A DNA stretch of 64,000 nucleotides from Octopus sinensis (GCF_006345805.1 NC_043000.1:34410001-34474000); one strand, 5' to 3'; positions 38,785 through 51,055 are shown, counted from the first letter of the stretch. The notes: generated from the sequence alone by a model not told the origin. Numbers and translations are program-made.

Positions 38785-40135
38785 GTGACGAGCGAGGATG
38801 AATACCCGGCGTTGTCGCCAAGAAAAAAAGAGGCGTTGTCGCCAAGAAAAAAAGAGGCGTTGTCGCCGAAGAAAAAAGAGGCGGCGTCGCCCAAGAAAAT
38901 GGAAAAACCAGTACCAGCATCAACTCCAGCAAAAAAATTCGCTGAAGTGGCTGGGAAAAAGATCAAAAAAATAAATATAGAAAATTTTGGAAAATTTGCA
39001 GACTGTGTAAAAAAAGAAGGCACAGAAGTGACTGTGGCCACAAACATACAAAAACATGACGATATAGAAAAAAAAAGAATAATATATAAAACTTACGACA
39101 CAACGACAAAAATGATCCAAAAAATCGAAGAAAAAAAAATAGAGTTTTGTCTAAAACCTTTTATGGATAAAATAACGTATATAAACAGAGGAAAAAGATA
39201 CGGCACAGTGGAGGTGCGTTTTACTACGGAGGAGATAGCGAAGAAACTATCGATGGAGCCGATCAAAGCGGAAAACATGGTCTTACTACCATTGTATAAA
39301 GGAAAAAGGACGTCGAAAATTTCAATGAACAACATACCGCCAGAGGCAGATGCTGAATGTCTGGTGGCAGCAGTGATGGTAGGTCTGGAGGAAAAAATAA
39401 ACATCCTCCAGGCCACAGTGGAGGAAGAGGAGTTTTGGAAAGGGCAGAAAATAGTGATAGCCATTCAGGCGGAGGTGCAAACACTGGAAGAAATTCCAGA
39501 AACGGTAAAGATTAGTGAAGACGAGAAAATAACAGTTTTCGTGGAGGGCAGGAAGCCGAGGTGCTTCGGCTGCGGCAAGAAGGGTCATGTAAGGGCGGAA
39601 TGCCAACCCCAACCCAAACCGCAGGAAGCACCTAAGCCAAAAGAAAAAGAAGATAATGTGTCACCAGAAGCAGCGTCGGACGGCCCAGAAGGGAAGACTG
39701 AAGGTGTGGAGGTGACGGTGACAGCAGAACCAGCGGCGGAGGAAAAAAAGAGCGAGGAAAAGATAAATGAGGAGGGGTGGGCAAAAATTACGGAAAAAAA
39801 AAAAAGAAAAACGGAAACCACCCCTCCCAGAGTAATTTTAAAAAAGAAAAAAGAGTCAATGAACTCGTATATGGCCGTAAAGGCAGCAAATAGCAGACTC
39901 GGAAACGTGTTGGCAGCCATGGCCAAAGTGGAGAAAGTAGTAAAAAAAACGACTTTGTAATTTACAGAATAGGCCGGAAGGATTACGGGCGATAAAGTCA
40001 GAATTCTTCCATGACGTAGGCCCACTTAGATTGGATGTGACATCTCCACATATATTCGAGGGCCTACGTCAGACTCCCCCACGAGGCCCAGAAAAAGAGT
40101 TAGAAGAACAAGAGAAAACCGAACCACTGATATAA
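38785..40135 (+). CDS. Gag-like ORF1 of element B (main frame to 39960, frameshifted tail to ~40135)
   Basis: NRGKRYGTVEVRF, VEGRKPRCFGCGKKGHVRAEC (CCHC); homologous to element A ORF1. Confidence 0.85.
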
Positions 40136-40143
40136 GGTAAGTA

Positions 40144-43100
40144 ATGGATTACATTTATGTTGGTTGTTTGAATGTGCGCGGCCTGGGAGCAGGCTGGAAG
40201 CAAGGTCGCTTCCTGCATGATATCAGGTCGCGTAATTTAGATGTTATTGTTGCTACAGAAACCCGGTTAGAGGGGCCAAGAGGTCTACTCCCGCTGTTTG
40301 ACGGCTACGAGAGTTTTTTTCTCCTGGCAGTCCTACAGGCGGGAGTGGGGTGTTGGTCCTATTAAAAAGAAACCGGGTTTCTGAGAAAAAGTTAATTTTT
40401 GCAGATCCAGAAGGTAGGCTGGTCGTCATGGATTTGACGTTCAGTAATGGTAAAGTTATCAGACTGGTTGCAATTTACGCACCCAACCATACAGGGCAAA
40501 GTGATTATTTTCGTGAACTAGAAAACTTTCTTGGTACTTCGCATTCATTAGTGGTGCTAGGAGACTTTAACACACATTTGCAAAGCGGATGTAGATTGTG
40601 TTGGCTCGCGTCCAGATAGAAAAGGCAACAGTGGCTTCATGGAACTGCTAAGCCGCTTTGAGCTAGCAGATCCTTATAGGCTGGAATTTCCGAACGCTCC
40701 ATTGTGGACATGGTCAAACAGCGACGGATCTTCCAGGTCATATTTAGATAGAATACTAATTAGAAAAGTAGACAGTAAAATAGCTAAGTGTCAACAGTTT
40801 TACCCGATCAGCTACAGTGATCATAAAATGGTCACTTGTAAGCTTGACATAGATAAGGTTAAAAATAGAGGATCCGGTTACTGGAAACTTAATACGTCCC
40901 TTTTGGCGATTAAGGAGTACAAAGACCGGATTAGGAATATAATTCAGAGGGCACTATCTGGTACCATCATTAATAACAAATGGTGGTACGCCCTCAAACG
41001 AGCCATCAAGTTTGAGTCTATTAGATATAGCATAGGAGTAGTGGCTAGAGAGGCTAGAAGGGAAACTACTCTAGTTAAGGAATTAGAGGAAGCCATGAAA
41101 ACTGGCTCTGCGGCTCAGGTGGCGTCCAAGAGACTGGTGTTAAACCAGCACCTCGAGGCCAAACACATGGGCTGCATTGTCAGGGCTAGAATCCGCCATA
41201 TGGGATGTGAAGGAATCAACGCCGTGAGATGGGCCCGAGTGGTGGAAGCTCGCATGGTAACGATGCCACGATTCGATCTTTGACGAACCAACAAGGTGAG
41301 TTGATAAACGAACCCGAGGAGATGTGTGAGGCCTTTCAGGAGCACTTCGCTCAGCTTTTCGGTGAGTGCGGCGGACTGGATAGGAGGAGGGCCTTTACGG
41401 ACCTACTCGACGGGCTGCCGCGCTTATCGGGGCGAGATGCGGAGGGCTGTGAAGGGCCAATCACGCCTGAGGAGGTGGTTGAGGCAATGGCGGACTGCGG
41501 CGCGGGCAAGGCGCCGGGTTTGGATGGTCTACCCTATGAGTTATATAAGAGTATGCCAGACTTGTTCGGGCACCTACTGGCGGAGGTCTATGCGAACTGG
41601 CAGCAGAACGGGCTTATACCCAGATCTGTGCGCCGGGGAGTAGTGACTCTCGTCAGAAAGGACCGACCGAGCAAGGGGGAGTGCATTGATAATTTCAGGC
41701 CCATCACTCTGCTAAACACAGAGTTGAAGATTTTGGCCAAAGTGTTATCGAAAAGATTGGCGCGTGTCGCGGATGGTCTGATCGGAGAGGCACAGACATG
41801 TGCCGTTCCGGGCAGATCCATTCAGGATAATCTCCATCTAATGCGGTACACTATAGAGGGGTTTAATAGTGATTCTGGCAAGGGTGGGGCACTGGTCCAT
41901 TTAGACCAATCTAAAGCTTTTGATAGGGTCGACCATCGTTACCTGGTATCTGCCCTGGCACAGTTCGGGCTGAGCCTTGGCTTCCTCAGGTGGATTATCC
42001 AAATTTATGATAACATCGACTCGGTAGTTCGGGTGAACGGCTTCTTGTCGAAGCCGTTCAAAATCAAACGCTCGGTTCGTCAAGGGTCCGCTCTCCCCGC
42101 TTTTGTACGTGATGGCTCTTGAGCCATTACTGCGAAAACTGAGCGGCATCCCGAGACAGCCAGGTAATGGAAAATCAGTGTCAGCGTACGCGGATGACAT
42201 CACCATCATCGTAACCGAAATGGACCACCTATGTAAAGTAGGCAAGGCCATAGAGGTTTACGAGACGGTGACAGGAGCAAAAGTTAATCGCGAAAAGTCA
42301 GTCGGCTTGCAACTCGGCACCTGGAGAGGCAAGTCGATGCCTCCTGACAGCGTCGTGGGACGTTGGACGGAGGGTCCGATTAAACTGCTAGGGGTCTGGT
42401 TCGGTCCAGACCTCCAAATAGAGAAGAATTGGGGCGAGGTAACGAGCAAGTGGCTGCAGTAGCCAAGACCTGGTCTTGGCGGTGGCTATCCCTGAAAGGG
42501 AGGGCGGAGGTGGCCAATGTGTTTATCGCATCGGTTATCACCTACCGCCTTTCCGTCGTTCCTTGCCCTGATTCGTGGTTGATCAAGTTGGAAAGACAGC
42601 TCTTCTACTTCTTGTGGAAGGGCGGGAAACCACTTGTGAAACGCTCTACTTGCTGTCAACAACCGTTAAAGGGTGGGCTAGGGATGCCTTGGCTGATGAT
42701 GCGCAGACATGCGCTGAGGTTAAGACATCTGTGGCTCTACCTGGATGGTGAACGGGTGTGGTCTTCGCTAGCAAAACTGATGTTTCCCAAGTTCACTAGT
42801 TTCGGTGGATGGGAAACCTGGCTGAATCGTAGATCGAAACTTGGTACTTGGTACACGGAGTGTCGCAAGGCTCTCCTGCTATTCCGTCGCTCGGGCAACG
42901 CCTGCGGTGGGGGTTCCACCACATTCTTCTATAGAGGGTTGGTAGAGGCGGAATGTGAAGATACCTTGGGGGAAACCCTAGGTCTCGACGATAATCAGCT
43001 GGCCAGTCTGTTCCGACGTACGTTCGAGCCGAGGACACTGGACAACTTCCAGAAGTCTCTGGCATGGCAATGCTACAGAGGAGCTCTACCTGTTCGGGAT

Positions 43101-43538
43101 AAACTCGCAAGGCACGGTGGCCAAGACAGTCCGATATGTCCAAGATGCGGGCGGGATAGGGAAACCGTCCCGCACGCTATTGTTCATTGTCCGGACGTGT
43201 CTGAGGTGTGGGTTTATGCCGAACAGCTGTTGTCAGGTACACGAAGAGTACAGCTGTCGACTGAGTCGATTACAAAAATTGACCCACCGGATTTCCTCGT
43301 GAATGAAGGTAAGTTTCGTTTTCTCGTTGTAGTAGCAATTGCGAAAGAGGTGATATGGAAGACGAGAATGAAAGGTGTACAGTCAGGCAAGTTCATCTCC
43401 GGCCCTGGTTTGATGAAGTATTTCATCTTTCACCTGAAAAGGAAGATAGGGCTGGAGAGAATATGCCTGACTAGGAGAGTGTATGAAGAACGATGGAAGG
43501 ATGTAGCACGAAAGTTGCGAGTGAAAGATACAACATAA
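40144..43538 (+). CDS. ORF2 of element B: APE endonuclease, reverse transcriptase and C-terminal zinc finger (split by several frameshifts)
   Basis: LNVRGL, ATET, AIYAPN, LGDFN, SYLDRI, SDH, GYWKLN, KAPGLDG, FRPITLLN, LDQSKAFDRVDH, VRQG, YADD, GGLG, CPRC...HAIVHC. Confidence 0.93.
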
Positions 43539-43786
43539 ATGTAATACCAAGCGCAACCAAAAGTATCAGTGGGGAGGCGGGGCTCGTGGGGTCCGAGCTA
43601 AACCCGCACCCACTCCACCCGTAATGTCTTCCGGTCTGTCCCATCATTCGATTTCTGTCCATTTATTGTAATTCATGAAAATTTTTTAATTCGATTTATT
43701 GTAAAAACCCATTCGTGTGTCTGACCCCATCATCAGATTGTATTGTCCCATCTATGTTCGCCCCTTGTGGGTAATAATAAAACAAC

Positions 43787-44085
43787 CTGGAGGAAAGCAC
43801 CTTCGAAAAGTGTCCTGGTGCGACTATGAAAGATATCTAACCAGAGGCGGTAAATTCGCCACAATAGAAGCAAGGTTCGAGTCAACGGAGCGTGCAAGGG
43901 AGTACTCGATTCGAACTTGCAAAGTGGAAATATTTTATTTTTACCTTTATATCTGAGACGTAGGACGTCCCGGATAAAAATTTAAAATGCCCCTTCCCCA
44001 GAAGTAGAGGTAGGTTGGATTGTAGCCACACTTCTATACAAGAGGGAGGACAAGATACAATTGATCGAAGTTACAAGAGACGGGC
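43787..44085 (+). pseudogene. Old Tx1-family ORF1 remnant, right half of the interrupted target
   Basis: LEESTFEKC.../RYLTRGGKFATIEARF.../SGNILFLPLYLRRRTSRIKI*NAPSPEVEVGWIVAT aligns with B ORF1 YINRGKRYGTVEVRF...NMVLLPLYKGKRTSKI. Confidence 0.8.
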
Positions 44086-44231
44086 TAACAATTCCAGTCT
44101 GTTATATATTTTGAGTATTGTTATCACTAGCGATATCAAGATATAACTTTGTATTTTGTATTTTATGTGTATATGTATATATATAGATGTACATGTAATA
44201 TGTACACATATATATGCACATATATACATGC

Positions 44232-44272
44232 ACTAGCACTATGACCCGGCAACGACGGGTCATAATGCTAGT
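44232..44272. mobile_element. Helitron-type 3' terminus, palindromic with CTAG at both ends
   Basis: ACTAGCACTATGACCCG-GCAACGA-CGGGTCATAATGCTAGT (17-bp arms, one mismatch). Confidence 0.7.
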
Positions 44273-44555
44273 ATATATATAAAACTGAGAATGTGTGTCT
44301 GTCTGTGTGTTTCCCTAAGACTTGAGAACTACACAACCAATTTCATTCAAATTTTACACATGCCTTACTTAGGGTCCGGGGAGTGTCATGGGCAAAAACA
44401 TTTATTTCTAACTTCTTGCCTAGGGCGAGCCCACAGCAATATTATATCTTCTCCTCTATTTCAGTATTATGTGTTAAAAGTGAAACAAAAACATCTCTCT
44501 ATTGTAATGTAAGATATTTTCACTTTAATACTGAAAGTATTAAAGTCAAACTATT
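44272..44555 (+). mobile_element. Helitron-like 5' region, copy 2, directly after CTAG
   Basis: Direct repeat of 36062-36330. Confidence 0.6.
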
Positions 44556-44663
44556 ATATAAGACATCCATTTTTGTAGAAGAAGATCCGCTATGGTCTTA
44601 TATGCTACACCTAATCAAATTAATATTCAATTTCTCACCCTTATTATTTTAAATTTAAATTTA

Positions 44664-44721
44664 AACCCAGGAGCATGTGTTTTGGAATGAAGTTTGTTAC
44701 CACACAGCCACACCTGCACCT
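44664..44721 (-). mobile_element. tRNA-SINE head only
   Basis: Reverse complement of 45941-45998 with four differences. Confidence 0.7.
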
Positions 44722-44820
44722 ATGTATGTGTGTGTGTGTAGCTGTATATGTATACATTTATTTCTATACATATAGATGTATATGTATAGATGTACATGTG
44801 TAGATGTATATATATATATA

Positions 44821-45580
44821 TCATCATCATTCATCATTGTTCGACCGTGGTCGAGACAATGGAATTTACCATGTTGCGCCAGACTTCACGGTCCATCATA
44901 GCATTACGGAGGTCCTGTTGCTGGATGCCTGTATCCCTGGAGATTACATCAGGGTAGGAGAGTGTGCGCCCTCTGGTGTTGCGAGTAGATGGCTTCCAGA
45001 GGAGAAGAGTAGAAATTACTTCTTTTTCAGCTCTACAACAATGTTCAGCAAACTGGACTCTCCTACCTTTCACAAGAGATGACACAGGTGGTAATTTCCC
45101 ATATATTTGCATTTTAGTTGGATGGCGCCTCCACGAGAGATTTTGAGCTCTCATAAGGAGGCGAGTGTAGGTTCCATCCAACCGCCTCTCAAGCTTCTTT
45201 GATAACGTCCAGGTTTCTGAGCCATATAGTAGGATTGGTTCGACTGTGGCTTTGAATATTTCAAGTTTGAAGTCTCTACTTAGATTTGATGACCAGATCT
45301 TATGCATGTCATTACAGGCTGACCAGGCCATACCATTTCTAGTTAGAAAGTCTTTTCCAGATGATGATATGTATGACCCAAGATATTTATAATCAGAAAC
45401 CATATTTAAAGGTGCACTGTTGAGAGTGTGGATGATGCAATCACTGTTGGACAGGCACTTGTTTATGTATTCAGTTTTGGTCTCATTGAGGTAAAGACCT
45501 ACACAATTTGAGGCTTGTTCAAGAGATTGTAAGAGAGACTGGGCATTGGAGAGAGAATCACTGATAAGAGCGATGTCGTC
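44821..45580 (-). mobile_element. RTE/RTEX-group LINE 3' segment with (TGA)n tail
   Basis: DDIALIS...GLYLNETKTE...YKYLGS...ILLYGSETWTL...MMDREVWR, open to the stop at 44834. Confidence 0.9.
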
Positions 45581-45726
45581 TTAACCCCTGATGGAGAAAC
45601 ATCATCTTTCTCGATCGAGGCCGGAATACTGCAGGGAGACACACCGCCCCATTTCTTTTCATCATTGTTGTTGATTATGTGCTACGTATGTCAGTTGATA
45701 CCATCTCTGGCAAGGGCTTTGAAATA
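45578..45726 (+). mobile_element. Inverted upstream RT segment of the same RTE/RTEX element
   Basis: VLTPDGETSSFSIEAGILQGDT/APFLFIIVVDYVLRMSVDTISGKGFEI, the motif that precedes the catalytic DD. Confidence 0.85.
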
Positions 45727-45730
45727 TATA

Positions 45731-45775
<45 letters not shown>

Positions 45776-45810
45776 TAGATAGATATATAGATAGATAGAT
45801 AGATAGATAG

Positions 45811-45866
<56 letters not shown>

Positions 45867-45940
45867 GTACACATATATATTCACATATATACATGCATAC
45901 ATATATAAACACCCATACACACATACACACACACATACAT

Positions 45941-46280
45941 AGGTGCAGGCGTGGCTGTGAGGTAACAAACTTCGTTCCAAAACACATGGTCCTGGGTTCA
46001 GTCTCACTGTGTGGTGACTTGGCATGTGTCTTCTGCTATAGCCTCAGACCAACCAAAGCCTTGTCAGTGGATTTTGTAGACAGAAACTGAAAGAAATCAA
46101 TGGTATATATATGTATGTATATATTTAAGTGTATGTGTATGACTTTGTTTCTGTGTTTCACTCCCATCACTGCTTCACAACTCCTGTTCGTTTATTTACA
46201 TCCCCATAACTTACTGGTTTCACAAGAAGAAACTAATAGAATAAGTACCAAGCTTATCAACATAAAAAAAGCACTACGCT
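45941..46280 (+). mobile_element. tRNA-SINE with internal microsatellite
   Basis: Head GGCGTGGCTGTGAGGTAA...GGGTTCAGTCTC; body GACTTGGCATGTGTCTTCTGCTATAGCCTC; 3' part homologous to 5262 and 6020. Confidence 0.7.
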
Positions 46281-46375
46281 GTGTCTCATATTTTTGTTTG
46301 CCCACTCAGTTGTATCTATCAATTTATCTTTGTGTATATATATATATAAATATATACATATATATACATACATAT

Positions 46376-46420
<45 letters not shown>

Positions 46421-46479
46421 TACACACACACACACAGATATATATATATACATGTATTTATGTGTGTTCCTTGGTCGGC

Positions 46480-47957
46480 ATTTAACAAGGTGTTGAGTTG
46501 CGTAGCTATTTGTGCATGACATTTACCAAATCTTTTGATCCAGTAGCCTTGAACTCCGTCTAGTCCTGGGACCTTCTAGTTGCTCATTTTTTTTTTTTTT
46601 TTGCTGATTTCCTTCACTTCCTTAACTGAAATGACTAGTTCTGTCTGTTTTGGACAGACTACTGTTTGTTTCAGTTTTTGTAACCATTCAGAATCCTTCT
46701 TGTGCTCCTTGTCTTTGCTCCAGATGTCACTCCAAAACCTTTGATTTTCAATGTTATCTGGTATCAACTTTTCATCTATACACTCTCCATTTATTTCTTT
46801 GTAAAATCTCTTCTGATCTACTCTGAATAACCTATTCTGCTGATATGCCTTTATTCTTTGGTCGTATCTTACCATCTTTGCTTTCTTTGCAACGAGGCGC
46901 TGTTTGAGTTCCTCCACTACTACTTTCAAGCCCTTTCAATATTATACTTCCTTTTCAGCGCCCTGTATTTTTGTTCGCTTTTAAGCTCTCCTTTCTCTTT
47001 TCGGTCTAACACAGATTTCCTTCGAGAACATGTCTAGCCCTGCCTGGATTCTTCTTTTCCACCATGGATCTTTCCTTTTGTCACTCCCATTATGTTTCTT
47101 TTTCTTGACATCAACACCCACATTTTCTGCTACAATACTTGCTGCCTTGATCAAATTATTTGTTTCTGCGATGTTGTTTGTTCTGATGTATTTCAGAACT
47201 TCATTGACATTTTTCGTTTCTTGGTTCAATTTCCATCGATCAACCTTTTTAAGGTTGCAAATAATGTCGCTATCGTTTTCCTGTAGTCTTACCTTTATTC
47301 TGTCGTGGATTGCCTTTTGTTCATCTGTCATGTCTCCATTCGATTTGTTGTCTTTTTTCAGATCATCTATATGTCTCTCCTCAAGTAAACTACCATTGCT
47401 CGTTTCCTGTGCTGTGGGATTACTCTTATTAGTAATAACTGTATTTTCATTGTTATCTCTGCTGCTATTTTCCATGACCCGTCTTTTGATAGCTTCGAGC
47501 TCTACTTCTGTGAACCAACAATTTCTTCTTATTGCTCCAGCTTGATCACATAGTCTCTGTTCCGTGAGTTGAAACAGTCCCTTTTCTCTCCAATGATCAT
47601 ACATAGGTTGTCGGTAACCCTTAATTTAAGCACTATTTTCATCTACCGGGCTGCTCAGGTACTAACACTCCATGACCACAGCATTAATTTGCTAGCTCCA
47701 TCTACGCCGTGTGTGGTGGTCCCTTTCTGGATATCGACAGGCGGGAGCCGCACCAGAATCTCTGAGCCTACCGGGTGTAACACTGTCACCATCATTGGTT
47801 TCAGTTTCATTACCACCGTTATTCACAATATTTTGTTTTTTCATTGTCACTCATATGAGGTAGCGATTATCAGGTTGCGCAATTACCAGTATTTTATTGT
47901 GACACCATCACTAGATGTATCATTATGAGCCCGTAAAGAGACTCCACCAGATTCCTT

Positions 47958-47960
<3 letters not shown>
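46480..47960 (-). mobile_element. R4/Dong 5' portion (5' UTR, N-terminal domain to start of RT), disrupted
   Basis: MYDHWREKG...TEQRLCDQAGAIRRNCWFTEVELE, DPWWKRRI, YQQNRLFRVDQKRFY, KVPGLDGVQGYWIK; the 5' end abuts (TAA)n. Confidence 0.9.
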
Positions 47961-47994
<34 letters not shown>

Positions 47995-48036
47995 TATTAT
48001 TATTACTATTATTATTATTATTATTATTATTATTTT

Positions 48037-48483
48037 GAGTGAGAGAGCAGTTCATGCCATCAAAGTGACACTGGGGTAAAATATACGAAGCCCAATATAC
48101 CCATCATGACTACCCGTCTGATAAAGGTACACCAGGCACATGCATCACAACCATATGTGCGCGACATGGTGATCTCATATCAAGATAAACAGCACATGAC
48201 CTTGCAGGTGGGGCCCTGAATAAGGGTTGTTTAAGGATGTTGAAAGAACCACCCATGTTTCCAGAGGTGAACTATTCAAACCCCAAAGAATCCCTCTCAA
48301 CACATGGCTATGATGCTCCCCCACTACTTCTGCTCGTGATCAGAGATGCACATATCGTCAGCCACTAAGGGACATGCTCAACTGGTTAAGGTCAAACAGC
48401 TGACAAGCAAATCTGTGGTATTGAGCAGAATATTTGCTGTAGCCCATCTTTTATACCAAGACAAAACAATGTACATGATAACA

Positions 48484-48484
<1 letters not shown>
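48037..48484 (-). repeat. Unclassified ~550-bp repeat, copy 3 (internal deletion, truncated)
   Basis: Near-identical to 714-1205; both flanks are (ATT)n. Confidence 0.85.
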
Positions 48485-48520
<36 letters not shown>

Positions 48521-48530
48521 GAGGATGATG

Positions 48531-48591
<61 letters not shown>

Positions 48592-48592
<1 letters not shown>

Positions 48593-49155
48593 CTACATAC
48601 ATTGGAAGCTATGCCAACATTATGGAATAACAACAGAAAAAAGATGGTATAGGCACACACCAGAAAAGGTCACAGAAAACGAGAAAGCAACCATACTCTG
48701 GGATATGCCGATACACACAGATAGAGAAATTAAGGCCAACAGACCAGATATAGTTGTCAGAGATCATGAAGAAAAAAAATGCTTTCTAATTGATGTATCA
48801 ATACCGGCAGATGACAACGTGTCTCTAAAAGAAATGGAGAAACTCTCAAAATACAAAGACCTGGAAATAGAGGTAACTAGAATGTGGACCTGAAAACAGA
48901 AACAATTCCTATCATAGTAGGTGCATTAGGCATGATAAAAAAATATTCAGACAATACATAACAAAAACACCAGGACTTACAAACACATATAACATACAGA
49001 AAATTGCACTACTAGGCACTGCACACATCCTACGCAGAACACTTTCCATACAATAACCATCAGAGCATCACAACAAATCACAGCACATACCCAAGGCACA
49101 CAGAGCTGCGTTCGGTAGTGAAGTGAAAGCACGCTATAAAAATAAAACTACTGAA
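48592..49155 (+). mobile_element. R4/Dong 5'-truncated copy with 3' UTR, inside (AAT)n
   Basis: YIHWKLC...ILWDMPIHTDREIKANRPDIVV...LIDVSIP...EKLSKYKDL; (AAT)n on both sides. Confidence 0.92.
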
Positions 49156-49210
49156 TAATAATAATAATAATAACAATAATAATAATAAAAATAACAATAA
49201 CAACAACATA

Positions 49211-49259
<49 letters not shown>

Positions 49260-49929
49260 GTTCCTTGGAACCGCCCGAATATTCTGGAAGGTGCTCGAAA
49301 AATAAGAGGCGTTAGCGTTAGAAGCTGTACTACCACCACCACTACTACTTCGACTACAGGCAATTTTATATGCTGTGAAATGTAAACAAAGCTGTTAACG
49401 TTCCCATTTACCAGAAAAATTTTCTGGTCACGACTGGCTGGTTTCTATATTCCTTAGACATTCATCAGGGATGGAATATCAATCATGCTTCCAGGGAAAT
49501 ATTAGTGGCGCAGATAAGATTGACCAGTTTTAGCTGTGTTTTACTTTGTATCTATTGTAAATAGCTGCAACCTACTGACTATTCCATTGACGGAAGGTGA
49601 GGTCCGAATAAATCAAGGCCCACCAAGAAACCAAGGAAACGAGTCAGATTGTTCCCTCGTTGTCTCTCTACACAGAGGCAAAATCTGTGATGGAGTCACA
49701 GCCTTTATATGAAACAACAAAACTAAAATTGTTTGTTTATTGAGAAAGGAAGATATACTTTATATTACATGACAAATGTGTGTGTACATGCAAACACACA
49801 CCACCACACACACACACACACACACACAAATAACCGCAGACACTTAAAAGGATGTGTATATATATATAGTATATATATAATATATATATATAATATATAT
49901 ATATTATATATAGTATGTGTATGTATGTA

Positions 49930-49964
<35 letters not shown>

Positions 49965-50021
49965 ATATATATATATATATAATATATATGTGTATGTAGT
50001 ATGTATGTATGTATATGTATG

Positions 50022-50054
<33 letters not shown>

Positions 50055-50506
50055 ATATATATACAGAGGGAGACACAGAGAGAGAAAGAGAGAGAGAGAG
50101 AGCGGGTGAGAGTGAAGAGGAAGTAGAGCGAGTGAGTTGAGGGAGTGAGAGGGTTGCTTTCTGACATTACTTAAAATTTCACGAATGTTTGATCAATCAG
50201 ACATGTTGTTCAGGAGACAAATATAAAGAAAGTGTGAGGAAACGAGAGGGCAAGTGTAAGGGAGATAAGATAGATAGAGAGAGAGAGAGGGGGGGGGAGA
50301 AATGGAGTAGGAGGGAAAGAGAGAAAGAAAGATAAAAGCAAGAACCAAATGAAGACAGTGACTATAAGAGAAAAAAGGGTAAAGAGAGTTGAAGAGCAGG
50401 GGTGAGAGGCAAAGTTAAGGAGGTTAAGGGAAAAGACAGGATAGAGAGATAGAGAGATGGAGAGGGAGAGAGAAAGAAATAGAGGCAGACAGTCACCTAG
50501 ATAGAC

Positions 50507-50584
<78 letters not shown>

Positions 50585-50869
50585 GTAGGTAGGTAGGTAG
50601 GTATGTAGGTAGATAGGTAGGTAGGTAGGTAGGTAGGTAGGTAGGTAGGTAGGTAGGTAGGTAGGCTGATAGAAAGGTCGATAGATAGAGAAACAGAGAT
50701 ATATATAACGTATATTTATATATATATATATATGGAGAGAAAGAGTGAGAGAGAGAAAGTGAGAGAGAGACAGAGACAGACAGACAGGTAGATAGACAGA
50801 TACATACATAATACATACTATACACATAAATACGCATACATACATACATATATATATACATATATATAT

Positions 50870-50944
<75 letters not shown>

Positions 50945-50948
50945 TGGG

Positions 50949-51050
<102 letters not shown>

Positions 51051-51055
51051 CAGAC

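Larger units (their letters stand above)
38540..43780 (+). mobile_element. Near full-length Tx1/L1-clade LINE (element B)
   Basis: 5' UTR, ORF1, ORF2, 3' UTR, TAATAATAA tail; AACAAC on both sides (38534-38539, 43781-43786). Confidence 0.93.

Noticed and set aside
36770-40025. Long antisense ORFs rich in F/S/L opposite the Tx1 ORF1s
   Set aside because: They are shadows of the purine-rich, K/E-rich sense frames.
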